This document shows, one piece after another, positions 1-9,029 of a DNA stretch of 43,959 nt; positions within the stretch are counted from its first letter, which is position 1, and each line of letters begins with the position of its first letter. The DNA comes from Myxococcota bacterium (GTDB lineage: Bacteria; Myxococcota_A; UBA796; SXON01). The notes under the pieces were generated by a model. It made no database searches, was not told the origin of the DNA, and saw only the letters and a list, made by a program, of their open reading frames with translations. The DNA is taken from NCBI GenBank assembly GCA_040386535.1, contig JAZKFH010000007.1:1-43959 (forward strand). Direction: 5' to 3'. The translations under genes were made by a program, and so were the position numbers.

Positions 1-110
1 TGCGGCGCCCGGTGCGGCGCCCGGTGCGGCGCCCGGTGCGGCGCCCGGTGCGGCGCCCGGTGCGGCGGCCGCTGCGGCGCCCAGAGCGGCGGCCGCTGCG
101 GCGGCGGGCG
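1..110. repeat. 12-bp tandem repeat (TGCGGCGCCCGG)n, truncated by the window start
   Basis: Five exact copies at 1-60, then about four degenerate copies (TGCGGCGGCCGC, TGCGGCGCCCAG...). Confidence 0.95.
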
Positions 111-294
111 CCGCGGGTACGCCACAACGGCCGCTCCGGCGCGGCGCCACAACGCCTGGAGAGCGCGCCAACCGCGATCCGAACCGCCCACGCCCCCCGC
201 GCGAGGGGGCCGGAGGGCGCGGCGCCGCTCCGGGCGCCGCGGTCCGGCCGGCCCTGCCGGACGACCGAGCCGGAACGGCGAGCCCGCAGGACAC

Positions 295-315
295 CGACCC
301 CCGCCTCGGGGGTCG
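295..315. terminator. GC-rich hairpin downstream of the minus-strand DAG-kinase-family gene (possible terminator)
   Basis: CGACCCCCG-CCT-CGGGGGTCG, 9-bp stem. No U-tract, so function is uncertain. Confidence 0.25.
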
Positions 316-345
316 CGCCCGCGCGACTCGCGTACGGTCGCCGCG

Positions 346-1305
346 CTACACGACCACCACCTCCAACGTCGGCCCCGCCTCGATCGTGAGCGGGCCCTCC
401 CAGGTGTGGAGCTCGCCGTCCAGGGCGTAACGGGCGGCCTCGGAGGGCTCGAGCTCCAGGACGCGGACCGGGGCCACGCACACGCCGGGCGTGACGCCGC
501 CGGGCCAGCCGAGGGCGAACGGGACGAAGCTGCGAACGAGCTCCTGGCGCGTCGCGTCGACGAAGAGGACGCGGAGGTGGCCCGCGGGGCGCGCCGACGT
601 TTCGAAGCCGCGGAGGTGGAGCAGCGCCGCGCCGTCGAGCGTGGTGGCGTAGAGGCCGGCGAGGTGGCCCTGGCCGAGGGGTTCGCCGTCGCGACGCACG
701 TGTCCAGACCAGCCGCGGAGCGCGCGCGTCGCGAGGCTGCCGCCCACGAGCGCGCTGGCGAGCACGCCCGCGCCGAGGCCGCGGATGGCGGCGGGGCCGC
801 GAACGCCGCTGCGCTCGAGCTCGGCCGGGAGCGCCGCGAACAGGCCGAGGCCGAAGTTGAACGCGACCTGCCCGCCGACGCGGAGGGTCTCCACGGGCCG
901 CACGGGGAGCGGATCACCGCGCGCGGTGGCCCGCTGGACCGCGGTCACCTGGCGGATCGGCGCGCCGGTGCAGACGGCGTGCGCCGCCACGCCCATGGTG
1001 CCGCCGTGAAGCAGCAGCAGGCGCGGCAGCGGGCCCACCCACACCGCGAGGAGCGTGTTGATCACGGCGTGCACGGTGCCATCGCCGCCCGAGACCGCCA
1101 CGAGCCGCACGCCCTCGGCACTCCAGCGCCCCAGCAGCGCGGGGAGCTGGGCCACGTCGCCCGTCTCGACCACCTCGCCGAGGGGCGCGAACGCCGCGCC
1201 GAGCCCGCGCCGCTGGGCCGGCCGACGGCGGTTGGACCACGCGTGCGGGTTGATGACGAGCCCCGCCCGGAGCGGCCCTTCGACCGAGGGCCGCCCGGCG
1301 GTCAC
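346..1305 (-). CDS. Diacylglycerol/lipid kinase family protein (DAGK_cat, YegS/DgkB-like)
   Basis: INP..., GGDGT and C-terminal DGE motifs. GTG start at 1305 overlaps the upstream TGA (GTGA coupling); the ORF-track extension to 2046 is spurious. Confidence 0.85.
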   Translation of the reverse strand: MTAGRPSVEGPLRAGLVINPHAWSNRRRPAQRRGLGAAFAPLGEVVETGDVAQLPALLGRWSAEGVRLVAVSGGDGTVHAVINTLLAVWVGPLPRLLLLHGGTMGVAAHAVCTGAPIRQVTAVQRATARGDPLPVRPVETLRVGGQVAFNFGLGLFAALPAELERSGVRGPAAIRGLGAGVLASALVGGSLATRALRGWSGHVRRDGEPLGQGHLAGLYATTLDGAALLHLRGFETSARPAGHLRVLFVDATRQELVRSFVPFALGWPGGVTPGVCVAPVRVLELEPSEAARYALDGELHTWEGPLTIEAGPTLEVVVV

Positions 1306-2054
1306 GCGTCGACCTCCACCGAGGCCTCCGCCGGCGCGGCGCCCTCCCGCGCACCGGCGCCCTCCCTCGCACCGGCGCCCGCGGCCGGCCCGTGGATGGC
1401 AACGAGGTTGAACGCCGCGGAGAGCCCTCCGTCGAGGGCCTCGACCGGCGCGCCGTCCGCGGACTCCCGCGCGAGCGCGAGCAGCTCGTCGCGTGTGTAG
1501 ACGGCGTAATCCTCGCCGCCCGCGAGCACGCCGAGCGTGCTGATGCCGCGGTTGAAGAGGTGGTACGGCGTGTGGGCGCGCAGCCGCGGCGGGCGTCCGA
1601 ACGCGTAGGTCAGGAGCTTCGCCTCGGGGTGGACGACACACACGCGGCCGCCCGGCTTCAGGCAGCGGCGGGCGGCGCGGAGGGCCTCGACGGCGGCGGG
1701 GCGCGGGAGGTACAGGCTGCGTTTGAACAGCACCACGTCGAAGCCGTCGGGCTCGCGCTCGTCGTGAATGCGCTCCAGCACGCCGTCCTCGACGCGGCCC
1801 TCCACAGGGACGATGCGCGGGTCGTCCCCCACCTGGGCGAGCATGGCCGCGCTCACGTCGATCGCGTAGACACGCGCTGCCCCGCGGGCCACGAACTTGC
1901 GGGCCACGATACCCGGCCCGCATCCGACGTCGGCCACCACCTTTCCGTCCAGGTTTCCCAACCAGGCGAAGAGCTGCTCGTCGAGCCCGTGCGCGAGTGG
2001 TCCGTACGTCCGCCGGTAGAAGCGGGCGGAGATGTCCCAAGCCCATAAGCCCAT
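1302..2054 (-). CDS. Class I SAM-dependent methyltransferase
   Basis: VADVGCGPG motif I, AIDVSAAML, FDVV, LKPGG; GGAGG Shine-Dalgarno upstream. Confidence 0.9.
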   Translation of the reverse strand: MGLWAWDISARFYRRTYGPLAHGLDEQLFAWLGNLDGKVVADVGCGPGIVARKFVARGAARVYAIDVSAAMLAQVGDDPRIVPVEGRVEDGVLERIHDEREPDGFDVVLFKRSLYLPRPAAVEALRAARRCLKPGGRVCVVHPEAKLLTYAFGRPPRLRAHTPYHLFNRGISTLGVLAGGEDYAVYTRDELLALARESADGAPVEALDGGLSAAFNLVAIHGPAAGAGAREGAGAREGAAPAEASVEVDA

Positions 2055-2136
2055 GCGTGGCCCTCCCTGGAAGAAGGCACGACCCGGGCCGACTATTCCC
2101 CGTTTAGCCCGAACGCGTCGCGAGCGCCGAGCGCTG

Positions 2137-2688
2137 CTACGGGCGCCCCTCGAACGTGCCGGAGAACCGTCCGCTCTCCACGACCGCCTCGAAGTCGACG
2201 CGGAACACGCTCCCGGTCGCGTCGCCTTCGAGCTCGATGGCGCCGAACATCGGGGTGTCCCACACCCCGGTGAACCGCGTGCCGTCTACCTCGCCGTCTA
2301 CCGCCCCGTCGAACTCGAAGCCCGCGTCGAACAGGCAGTCCGCGTCGCCGAGCGCCGTGCCGTTCGGCTGCACCTCGATCCAGAAGCTCCCCTCGCAGGA
2401 CAACCCGTCGGTCCCGTCGCTCGTATCGCCGACGACCGACCCCTCGTAGACGACGTTCTCCGGCTCCTCCTCCTCGCAGCCGGGGGCGTCGCGGCAGTCC
2501 GAGTCTTCGCAGTCGAAGTCCCCGTCGCGGTCGTTGTCGGCGGCGTCGTCACACTCGCCGGCGTCATCGCCTTCGTACTCGGGCACCTCGTCGACATCGG
2601 TGTCGTCGGGGTCGACGGCGCCGTCATCCTTCCCGCCGGAGCAGGCGAGGACGAGGGCGAGGAGGCCGAGGGCAGAGAGGAAACGCAT
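2137..2688 (-). CDS. Lipoprotein with Cys/Asp-rich putative Ca-binding motif
   Basis: MRFLSALGLLALVLAC lipobox; ECDDAADNDRDGDFDCEDSDC motif of the type common in myxobacterial surface proteins. Real start is ATG 2688. Confidence 0.8.
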   Translation of the reverse strand: MRFLSALGLLALVLACSGGKDDGAVDPDDTDVDEVPEYEGDDAGECDDAADNDRDGDFDCEDSDCRDAPGCEEEEPENVVYEGSVVGDTSDGTDGLSCEGSFWIEVQPNGTALGDADCLFDAGFEFDGAVDGEVDGTRFTGVWDTPMFGAIELEGDATGSVFRVDFEAVVESGRFSGTFEGRP

Positions 2689-2726
2689 GCGCCGAAGGTT
2701 AGCGTGCGCCCGCGCCGTTTGCCGGC

Positions 2727-3812
2727 CTACCGCACTTCGAGCGCGTACATCCCCACGCGCACGCCGCCGTTGCTGAAGAACAGCAGGCGCTCGGCGTCGC
2801 GATGCACCTTTGCCGCCAGCCCCGGATCCGGCGAGAGGAACAACACCCGCCAGCCTTCGAACCGGCCGCGGAGCGCCTCGCCGAACTCCGCGTAGGCGCG
2901 GCCCTCGGAGCCCTCGCCCAGGCGCTTGCCGTAGGGGGGGTTGGCGATGACGAGGCCGCGCGGGCCGGGCGGCCCGAGATCGATGACCTCGCGTTGGGCG
3001 AACGCGACGGACACCCCCGCGCGCCGCGCGTTGGACACAGCCGCGGTGAGCACGCGCCCATCGCGATCGTAGCCGAGGATCGGCACGGTGATGGCCACCG
3101 GCGGCTTGGGTGTGAGCTTGAGCTTCTTGAGCGCCGGCCACTCCGCCATCGCGAACGTGCGCCGCACGTACGGCGAGCGCCCCGACGCGAGCAGCGCCGC
3201 CTCGATGGGGATGGTGCCCGAGCCGCAGAACGGGTCGACCAGCGGCTCGTCCCCCACCCAGCCCGCCGCGTAGAGCATGGCGGCCGCGAGGTTCTCGCGC
3301 AGCGACGCCGGCCCCTGCTCGGTGCGCCACCCACGGAAGTGCAACAGATCGCCGCCGCCCGCGTCGAGCGAGAGCGTGGCCTTGTCGTCCTCGATGCGGA
3401 GCGCGATCCGCTGCGTCACCGTCGGGCGCCGCTCGCGCTCGACCACCCGCGGGCCCTTGAGCGCCTCGCGCACGTGGTGGAGCACCTTCTTCTCGGCCGC
3501 CTCGCGAAAGTGGATCCGCGAGGTCTTCACCGACGCCTGCACCTCGATGGTCGCGTCGGGAGGCAGGTATTGTTTCCACTGCACGCGCCGCGTGAGCGAC
3601 ACGAGCTGATCGTTGGCGTTGACCGGGCCCTCCACGAGCTCGAGCAGCACCCGCGAGGGCGTGCGCAACATCGGGACCAGCGCGGCGGCGGCCTCCAACG
3701 AAGCCTCGAACCGCGCGCCCCCCGGGTGCAGGACGACAGCAACGCCGAGAGACTCGAGCTCCCGCGCGACAACGGGCTCCAGGCCGGGATGAGCGACGGC
3801 GTACCACTTCAT
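2727..3812 (-). CDS. THUMP-domain RNA methyltransferase (RlmL/UPF0020-like m2G methyltransferase)
   Basis: LHFRGWR, ASLRENLAAAML, DPFCGSGTIPIEAA and ANPPYG motifs. Confidence 0.9.
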   Translation of the reverse strand: MKWYAVAHPGLEPVVARELESLGVAVVLHPGGARFEASLEAAAALVPMLRTPSRVLLELVEGPVNANDQLVSLTRRVQWKQYLPPDATIEVQASVKTSRIHFREAAEKKVLHHVREALKGPRVVERERRPTVTQRIALRIEDDKATLSLDAGGGDLLHFRGWRTEQGPASLRENLAAAMLYAAGWVGDEPLVDPFCGSGTIPIEAALLASGRSPYVRRTFAMAEWPALKKLKLTPKPPVAITVPILGYDRDGRVLTAAVSNARRAGVSVAFAQREVIDLGPPGPRGLVIANPPYGKRLGEGSEGRAYAEFGEALRGRFEGWRVLFLSPDPGLAAKVHRDAERLLFFSNGGVRVGMYALEVR

Positions 3813-3955
3813 CGGCGGCGGTTATCCCGGCGGGGGCGATGGGGACGGGGTGGGGAGGGGCTCCGGGAGGGCGATCGGGCGCCCCGCCGCCGCGGACGGC
3901 GGCGGCGGGTGTCCTGCGGGCGCGCGCGTTGCGCTTGGTCCGCCCGGCGAGGCGC

Positions 3956-4279
3956 CGGGCGGGACCGGCCGCCGCGGACGGCGGCCGCCCTCCGGCCTCC
4001 CTGGCGCGGGGGTGTGTATGCGCTTCGGCCTGGGACCCATGAGCGACGCCGCGGACGCGAGCCCGGCCGGATGTGGACGGTGTCGAGGGGCGGGACTCCG
4101 GGTCCGCCCGGGCGCGCTTCCTGGCGCGGGGGCGTGTATGCGCTTCGGCCTGTGACCGACGAGCGACGCGGCGGACGCGAGCCCAGGGGCGGCCGAATGT
4201 GGACGGTGTCGAGGGGCGGGCCCCGGGGTCCGCCCGGGCGGCCCGGGCGGGACCGGCCGCCGCGGACGGCGGCCGCCCT
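3956..4279. repeat. Intergenic composite repeat: two ~120-bp imperfect tandem units bracketed by a ~36-bp direct repeat containing a hairpin
   Basis: CCTGGCGCGGGGG(T/C)GTGTATGCGCTTCGGCCTG... at 4000 and 4120; CGGGCGGGACCGGCCGCCGCGGACGGCGGCCGCCCT at 3956-3991 and 4244-4279. Confidence 0.9.
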
Positions 4280-4315
4280 GGCGCTGGGGGGGTCTCGACC
4301 GGATATGTCGTGCCA

Positions 4316-4681
4316 ATGGCGACCGACCACAACTTCTACCAGGGCTTCGAGGGCGAGCCCGAGCTGATCGTGGAACTCAGGGTGGCCCGCGCGCGCAAGG
4401 CCACCGTGCGTGCCTGGACGGGCTACTTCGACGAGTTGATGGCCCTCGTGCCCCCATCGGCCGAGGGGTGGACCGGGCTCGCGCTTCACTACCACCTCTG
4501 TACCGGCTGGCAGGAGGAGAACGAGTGGATCGACCCGGACCCCGCCGACACGAGGAGCAAGCTCGACGCCGCGCGGGACCTGCTCTCCAGCGAGACCGCG
4601 CGATCATTCGCGGACGCACTCCTGTCGCTCTACGGAGGGGTGGTCCGCGAGGGCGGCGTGGTGGTGTGGCGGCTGGAGTGA
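4316..4681 (+). CDS. Hypothetical protein (121 aa), aromatic/acidic, possibly immunity-like
   Basis: ATG 4316 gives MATDHNFYQGFEGEPEL...WTGYFDELM...GWTGLALHYHLCTGWQEE with protein-like composition. The upstream in-frame extension lies in repeat DNA. Confidence 0.75.
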   Translation: MATDHNFYQGFEGEPELIVELRVARARKATVRAWTGYFDELMALVPPSAEGWTGLALHYHLCTGWQEENEWIDPDPADTRSKLDAARDLLSSETARSFADALLSLYGGVVREGGVVVWRLE

Positions 4682-4709
4682 GCTCGGCGCGTCGAGTGTG
4701 ACCTTGGCG

Positions 4710-5430
4710 CCTGACAAGGAACGTGGCACTGCCGCGGGGAGGCCCGTCCTGTCGGGTGGTGGCGCCCAATTGGGCGCCAGCGCACTCTCCGTGCCCGCGC
4801 GCACCGACTTGCACCGCGAAGACCCGACAGAAACCGCGTCACTGCCGGCAGTGACGCCCATTCTGTCGGGTCGCGGCGCCCAAATCGGGCGACCCGGGCG
4901 CCCTCGCGAAGGGGGACGGCGGCCGCCCGCCCAAAATCCGGCGTTGTCCCGTTCGCGCAGGGGGCCGCCGTGCTCGTGCGCACCGACATGCACCACGAAG
5001 ACCCGACAGAAACTGCCTCACTGCCGGCAGTGACGCCCGTTCTGTCGGGTCGCGGCGCCCCGATCGGGCGATCGGGGCGCGGTCGGGCGTGTGGAGCACG
5101 GCCGCCCTACCAACAAGTCGGCGTTGGCCCGTTCGTGCGGGTAACCACCGTGCTCGTGCGCACCGACGTCAACCACGAAGACCCGACAGAAACCGCCTCA
5201 CTGCCGGCAGTGACGCCCATTCTGTCGGGTCGCGGCGCCCAAATCGGGCGATCGGGGCGCCCTCGCGAAGGGGGCCGCGGGCGCGAAGCCAAAAAGCCGG
5301 CGTTGGCCCCTTCGTGCGGGTGACCACCGTGCCCGCGCGCACCGACGTCAACCGCGAGGACCCGACAGAAACCGCCTCACTGCCGGCAGTGACGCCCATT
5401 CTGTCGGGTCGCGGCGCCCAAATCGGGCGG
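4710..5430. repeat. Array of four ~179-180-bp units (last one partial, plus a degenerate upstream remnant), each with a conserved 52-bp hairpin
   Basis: GACCCGACAGAA-N6-TCACTGCCGGCAGTGA-N6-TTCTGTCGGGTC at 4821-4872, 5000-5051, 5180-5231, 5359-5410; remnant at about 4710-4780. Confidence 0.95.
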
Positions 5431-5650
5431 GGCAGGAGCACGCGTCCGCGCTCCCCGGACGCCTACCGGCGGCCTCCGCCGCCCCGCGCCAAGGGCGCGG
5501 AGGGCAGCCGCCCCCGGCGGCTGGTCCGGCCGGGCGGTGGAGGGGGCTCACCCCACGGACTTGCCGCTTCGCCCGGCCGACCAAGCGGCTTTGCCGCGCG
5601 CCCGCAGCCGACCTGCCCCGCGTCCGCGCGGGGGCGCCCCCCCTCCGCGG

Positions 5651-6310
5651 CTATCGGCCGACGTTCACGCTCGACCCGACCGCCGGATAGGGAATGTTCG
5701 TGAGGCGCCCCGCCCAAACGATCTTCCCGTACGCAACGAGCACGGCTACACCCGCTCGATCCGTGTGGAGCGCGCCCCAGACGCGCATGTCCGTGCCCGG
5801 ATCCAATGGAAATCGCACCTTCCCGAACGGAAAGCCTATCCCGTTGTCCGCCAGGAACGTCATCACCGCCTCGTCGCTCGCCGACTTGGTCACGCGTGTC
5901 AGCCCGATGACACCGAAACCAACGTCCGTGAATTCGTGCTCCCTGGCCGCGAGCTTGGGGAGCTCCGTCTTGCAGATCGGCGCCCAGATCTCGCAGAACA
6001 CGACGAGGGTCATGCGGCCGGCGTAGCTCCCCTCGCCCTGAAACCAGCGCTCGACATCCAGGCGCGGCGCGTCGACGCCGAGGAGCGCAGTCGGCGTCCA
6101 GGCCTTGCGCCCACTCGTCCGGACGCTCGGTTGGGCGTCCCGTTGCGCACGCAACCGGATTGTTCGCTCTGGCTCCGGCCCGGACGCCGTTTTGCCAGGG
6201 TCCGGGCGCCCGCAGGCAGCCCCGGCGAAACCGAGCACCACGGCGAAACCGAGCACCACGGCGAGCGCGACCGAGAGGCCGGGCACAGAGGATGTTCGGT
6301 TTGTCGGCAC
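5651..6310 (-). CDS. Exported TlpA/redoxin-like thioredoxin-fold protein with atypical active site
   Basis: Hydrophobic N-terminus ending AGAAC, then APRLDVERWFQG...TLVVFCEIWAPICKTELPKL...VIGLT. GTG 6310 follows GGAGG closely; start uncertain. Confidence 0.7.
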   Translation of the reverse strand: MPTNRTSSVPGLSVALAVVLGFAVVLGFAGAACGRPDPGKTASGPEPERTIRLRAQRDAQPSVRTSGRKAWTPTALLGVDAPRLDVERWFQGEGSYAGRMTLVVFCEIWAPICKTELPKLAAREHEFTDVGFGVIGLTRVTKSASDEAVMTFLADNGIGFPFGKVRFPLDPGTDMRVWGALHTDRAGVAVLVAYGKIVWAGRLTNIPYPAVGSSVNVGR

Positions 6311-6403
6311 GATCCTCCGCGGTGGCAAACGTGTAACGAGCGGGAGCGCGGGGTTCAACCGCTCCGCTGCCAGGGGTGATAGCAGTGGCTGGTCGAGGTG
6401 AGC

Positions 6404-6946
6404 ATGGGCTTTCACGTGGCGGCGGTCGCGGTCAAGAACGCAAGCCTGGAGAGCGTGTTGACGCGGGTCGGTTGGTCCGACAGCGGCGAGCGGGCCGCGT
6501 TCATCGAGACCGGGGTGTACGCCGTCGCGCTGCCGAACGGTTGGACCGTGCTGGTGGGATCGGGGTGGGACGGCATGGGAAAGGTCACGGACGAGCTGGC
6601 CGCGCACGTGAGCCACCTCGGGGAGACGATCCTGCTCTCCCAGGAGGACACGTCGATGAACGCCATGATCGCGGCCTACTCGGGCGGCAGGGAGCGCTGG
6701 TCCGTGCTCTACGACGGCTCGACCGACGGCATCTCCACCCCCGTGGTGACCGGCCCCGCGCCGGCCGAGTTGCCCGCGATCACCGCCCGCTGCGCCGCGG
6801 AGCAGGCGCGGGAGGGCGGCAAGGACGCGGACGTGGATCACATGTACGAGATCGTGCTGGAGCTGGGGCTGGCCCTGGTGGGGTTTCGGCCGGATCAGGA
6901 TCCCGAGGGGTTGGGGCCGGAGGGGTTCCGGGTGGTGGGGCCATGA
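6404..6946 (+). CDS. Hypothetical protein
   Basis: GAGG precedes ATG 6404 (alternative GTG 6398); GC3-biased codons; stop overlaps the next start (ATGA). Confidence 0.75.
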   Translation: MGFHVAAVAVKNASLESVLTRVGWSDSGERAAFIETGVYAVALPNGWTVLVGSGWDGMGKVTDELAAHVSHLGETILLSQEDTSMNAMIAAYSGGRERWSVLYDGSTDGISTPVVTGPAPAELPAITARCAAEQAREGGKDADVDHMYEIVLELGLALVGFRPDQDPEGLGPEGFRVVGP

Positions 6947-7386
6947 GCTACACCCTCCAGGCGCTCGTGACCGACATCGGGGCCGCACTCCAACTTGGCC
7001 TCACGATGCGCGCGCTGCCGGATGGCCGGGCGATCATCCCCCTCGTCGACGAGCTCCGCGCCAAGCACGGGCTGCCGTACCATCCACTCTTGGACGAGGA
7101 CGCTGGGCTACCAACTGTGCTAGCTGCGTTCTGTGCGGCGCTGTCCCAGTCCATCGACGCGCCGATCGCGTATGTCGAAGCCGAGTTCTTCGGCGGCGCT
7201 GGCACGCAAGCATCGGTGGTCTGGGAGCAGGGGCATGTCACCTTCGGCCCCGAGGTGTCCGACCACGCCATCAACCACGCGCTACGTGTGCTGGGTGTTC
7301 GCCCGAGCGGCGACCAGGATGAATTCGACGCGCTGATGCTGGGCACGTATCGCGAGACCGAGGCGTGGCTCGCCACCCGGTCATGA
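6943..7386 (+). CDS. Hypothetical protein (AYVEAEFFGGAGTQ motif)
   Basis: ATG 6943 coupled to the upstream stop; globular-looking sequence MSYTLQAL...DEFDALMLGTYRETEAW; locally more AT-rich codons. Confidence 0.8.
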   Translation: MSYTLQALVTDIGAALQLGLTMRALPDGRAIIPLVDELRAKHGLPYHPLLDEDAGLPTVLAAFCAALSQSIDAPIAYVEAEFFGGAGTQASVVWEQGHVTFGPEVSDHAINHALRVLGVRPSGDQDEFDALMLGTYRETEAWLATRS

Positions 7387-7529
7387 ACGGGCGCCCCCTC
7401 TCACCGCCCCGCGCCAGGCGACCGCAAGGCGGCCGCGTCCGCGCGGCCGGTCCGCCCGCCCCCGGCGGGCGACCGAGGCCGAAGGCCGAGCATGGAGGCC
7501 GCCGACGGCGAAGCCGGGGCGCCCGCCCG

Positions 7530-9029
7530 TCAAAACGCCCGCAGCGCCATCCCCCCGCTCGAATCGATCTCCATCAACCCGTCGTCCAGGGCGAAACGCA
7601 CCGTCCCGTCATCACTCACGGCGGCCTCCCCGTGGAAGCCGTCCCAATCCAACGCGGCGATCACACGCCCGGTGACAGGTTCGACCAACCGCCGCTCGAC
7701 CCTGTCCCAGCTGACGTTCACGTCGATGGGCCAGTGCGCGTGGTTCACGATCTCGCGGCTGCCGTTGCGCACACAGCGGAAGCCATCTCCACCGGACGAG
7801 CAGACACCGTGGGAGACGGCGTAGAGGCTCGGAGCGTCGAGGGATGCGAGCAAATCGAGCCCGGCGGCGGTGACCTCGTACAACATGGCACCGGCCAGGG
7901 CGTAGACGTGGCCCTCGGATTGGACGAGCTTCGCGACGGGGCCGGGGCGGGCGAGCTCGACGCCATCGATGCGGACGACGTTGTCGGTCACCAACACGCG
8001 CTGGGTGCCGAGCCAGCCGCCCAGGGTGGCGGGGAGCAAGGCGCAGCCGGTGTCGATGGCGATCTCGTACATTCCTGACTTGGTTTCGACGAACACGGCG
8101 CGCCCGTCCGCGCGCCAGGAATACTCCAGGGAGCCGCGGGGCGCGGGGACGACACAGGCTTGGGTGGCGCCGTCGGGGGCGACCAACAGCTGGGCGTTGA
8201 TGGACGGTGACATGTGGAGGATCGCGGCGCCGTCGGGGCCGAGGTGGCCGCCCAACGCGCCCCGCGGCCCGATGGACCGGCGCTGCCCGGCCTCCCACAG
8301 GGTGGCACGGGAGTAGAGGCTCGCGATTTTTCCGATTGGCAGGAGGAGCACGGCGCCGGAGGCGCTCGGCGTGAAGGACGAGACCGGCACGGCGCCGAAC
8401 GGCACCGCGGAGAGGCCCATCGCGGCGATCCAGAGCGTCGCCACCGACACCGCGCCGATCCGGGTCCACCGCGCCCACCGCGGGCCCCGCCGGGCGCCCT
8501 CGCCGCGTTGCTCGGCGCACAACGCACCCACGACGGCGAGCAGGCTCGCGGCGACAGTCCACCCGAAAAAGACGCCATCGCCCCGGAAGAGCAACCACAA
8601 CGACAGTAGCCAGAGCACGAGGATCACGACCATCGTGCCGAGCGGAAGGAACAGGAGGAGGAGCCCGCCGCCGAGCGTGCGCGCGAGGAGCACCGAGGTG
8701 TAGACGACCGCCAGGATGCCCGCCGCCGTGCGCCCCTGTAGCAAAGCGACGGCCACCACCAGGGGTGGCACCTGCACGGCCATGGCGCCCGCGACACGCG
8801 CCCACCCCGCGCCGCCGAGGCCGCGCCAGAACGCGTCCGCCGCCACCCGGCCCCCGGAGGCGATGACGCCGACCACTCCAAACAGCAGCAACAGGATGAA
8901 ACCTTTCAAGAGCAAGTCATCCGGGAAGAGCGCCCCGAGCGCCCCCAGCACGGGCGCCACGACATGCAAGGGCCACCGGCCCCACAACTCGCGCCACGCG
9001 GCGAGCCGGAACGTGGTCCACGCGTTCAC
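7530..9029 (-). CDS. Polytopic membrane protein with C-terminal soluble domain (putative ABC permease partner)
   Basis: GTG 9029 overlaps the ATPase stop (GTGA); about 7 hydrophobic segments followed by a beta-rich domain. Confidence 0.7.
   Translation of the reverse strand: MNAWTTFRLAAWRELWGRWPLHVVAPVLGALGALFPDDLLLKGFILLLLFGVVGVIASGGRVAADAFWRGLGGAGWARVAGAMAVQVPPLVVAVALLQGRTAAGILAVVYTSVLLARTLGGGLLLLFLPLGTMVVILVLWLLSLWLLFRGDGVFFGWTVAASLLAVVGALCAEQRGEGARRGPRWARWTRIGAVSVATLWIAAMGLSAVPFGAVPVSSFTPSASGAVLLLPIGKIASLYSRATLWEAGQRRSIGPRGALGGHLGPDGAAILHMSPSINAQLLVAPDGATQACVVPAPRGSLEYSWRADGRAVFVETKSGMYEIAIDTGCALLPATLGGWLGTQRVLVTDNVVRIDGVELARPGPVAKLVQSEGHVYALAGAMLYEVTAAGLDLLASLDAPSLYAVSHGVCSSGGDGFRCVRNGSREIVNHAHWPIDVNVSWDRVERRLVEPVTGRVIAALDWDGFHGEAAVSDDGTVRFALDDGLMEIDSSGGMALRAF

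Noticed and set aside
12..389. 125-aa Arg/Pro-rich ORF (RRPV repeats)
   Set aside because: Translation of the 12-bp repeat and GC-rich spacer; no protein-like composition.
2137..4332. 731-aa ORF as one protein (likewise the full-length 346-2046, 7530-9368, 16075-17712, 17731-19881, 17914-19899, 23841-26105, 25172-27127, 40135-43047, 41364-43721)
   Set aside because: Only the 3' parts are protein-like; the N-terminal extensions overlap other genes or repeats, and starts were reassigned from coupling, SD or signal-peptide evidence.
4710..5430. CRISPR array or integron attC cassette array
   Set aside because: Linkers are ~128 bp and homologous to each other rather than unique spacers; no cas or integrase gene in the window; no clear RYYYAAC/GTTRRRY boxes; no ORF cassettes between hairpins.
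4604..5717. Short ORFs over the hairpin array (repeated EDPTETASLPAVTPILSGRG peptides)
   Set aside because: The 179/180/179 period shifts frame between units; these are translations of a DNA repeat.
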